Below are positions 63,171 through 64,000 of a stretch of DNA of 64,000 nt, piece after piece. How positions within the stretch are numbered: the stretch's first letter is position 1; every line of letters begins with the position of its first letter. Made by a program: the position numbers and the translations under genes. The notes below the pieces were generated by a model, which worked only from the letters and a program-made list of their open reading frames with translations, made no database searches and was not told where the DNA came from. This DNA comes from Nemertoderma westbladi. Its lineage: Eukaryota > Animalia > Xenacoelomorpha. Location: positions 62,001 to 126,000 of the forward strand of contig JAUCBJ010005520.1 of NCBI GenBank assembly GCA_032718475.1, read 5' to 3'.

Positions 63171-64000
63171 ACTTTATTCGCATAGACATCACAACCCTTA
63201 TCTATTATGCAAAAACAGGTTCAAACAATCTATTTTCAACATTTTTCATATTTTCTAAACTTGGTGTTAGCACCAAAATTTGGCACCCGTCGATAAAAAA
63301 AGCTTGAAATTTCTAGCATATTTGATAATAATTCCATTTAATTGTAAACACCATAAAACCATGGTAATTCAAAAATAGAGATGTAAATAGAGATCATATT
63401 TCGTGAAGTTAAATATTCAAAAAACGTCTCAAAATAAGTGCCAAAAGTAGGGATTAAAAATGGTTCTATAATTCAAAAACTTCCCAATATCTTTAAAAAA
63501 CGCTTTCTTTATTATGAAAGTTATAGATTTTTAGGAAAAGTCGTAAAATTTCATATTCCCAGCTGCATTTGTTTCAGAGTTAAGAAAAACCACTATTAGG
63601 GTTTAATAGGGTTAAAACCACTAACTCCATGTAGTAAGTAGTTAACTGTTCATTAAAATACTTAGCCAATGAATGGCCACCATGTACTAGCCCAGTTTTA
63701 ATAAGCAAGATTTAGTTCTTAGATAAAATTCCTGTAGTTTTATCATAAATAGATCTGTCCAAAATTGTTCCAATTACATCAGATTCATCGGGGATCCCTT
63801 AGGATTGAAGTATTGCAAACCTAGTCTTGCACACAGTGCTCATAATAAGTCGACAAAAATTACAAACAATAGACCTCTTTCATTCTTTAATTTTTTCTTT
63901 CTTTCATTCATGTCATTCTTTAAGATAGCTATTCAATGATCTTCCTACTTGCCACAATCAGCTCTAAGAATAATCTACCTTTTTGAATACCATTTTGGCT

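Overview
AT-rich animal (probably invertebrate) genomic DNA that is mostly nested transposable elements. It holds three related BEL/Pao LTR retrotransposons from different subfamilies: 10722-18321 (-), 23649-30984 (+) and a 5' half at 46715-49714 (-). It also holds RTE-, RTEX- and L2-type LINEs, two Gypsy relics, a Penelope relic, tRNA-derived SINEs, several MITEs, minisatellites, a decayed G2E3-like HECT gene, and five phase-compatible exons of a host gene for a probably secreted PAN/TSP1 protein with a 22-kb TE-filled intron. The strongest new signal is in the BEL/Pao elements. None has a tRNA primer-binding site. In each, the 9-10 nt abutting the 5' LTR are complementary to a homologous site inside its own LTR, and the two sites co-vary across the three subfamilies, which points to tRNA-independent self-priming of reverse transcription. 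A second signal is an L2 LINE whose ORF1 and ORF2 are in frame and separated by a single UGA in a CAR-YYA readthrough context. All calls come from reading the sequence by eye. Family names and mechanisms are inferences that need database searches and experiments. Long G/C homopolymers may include assembly errors.
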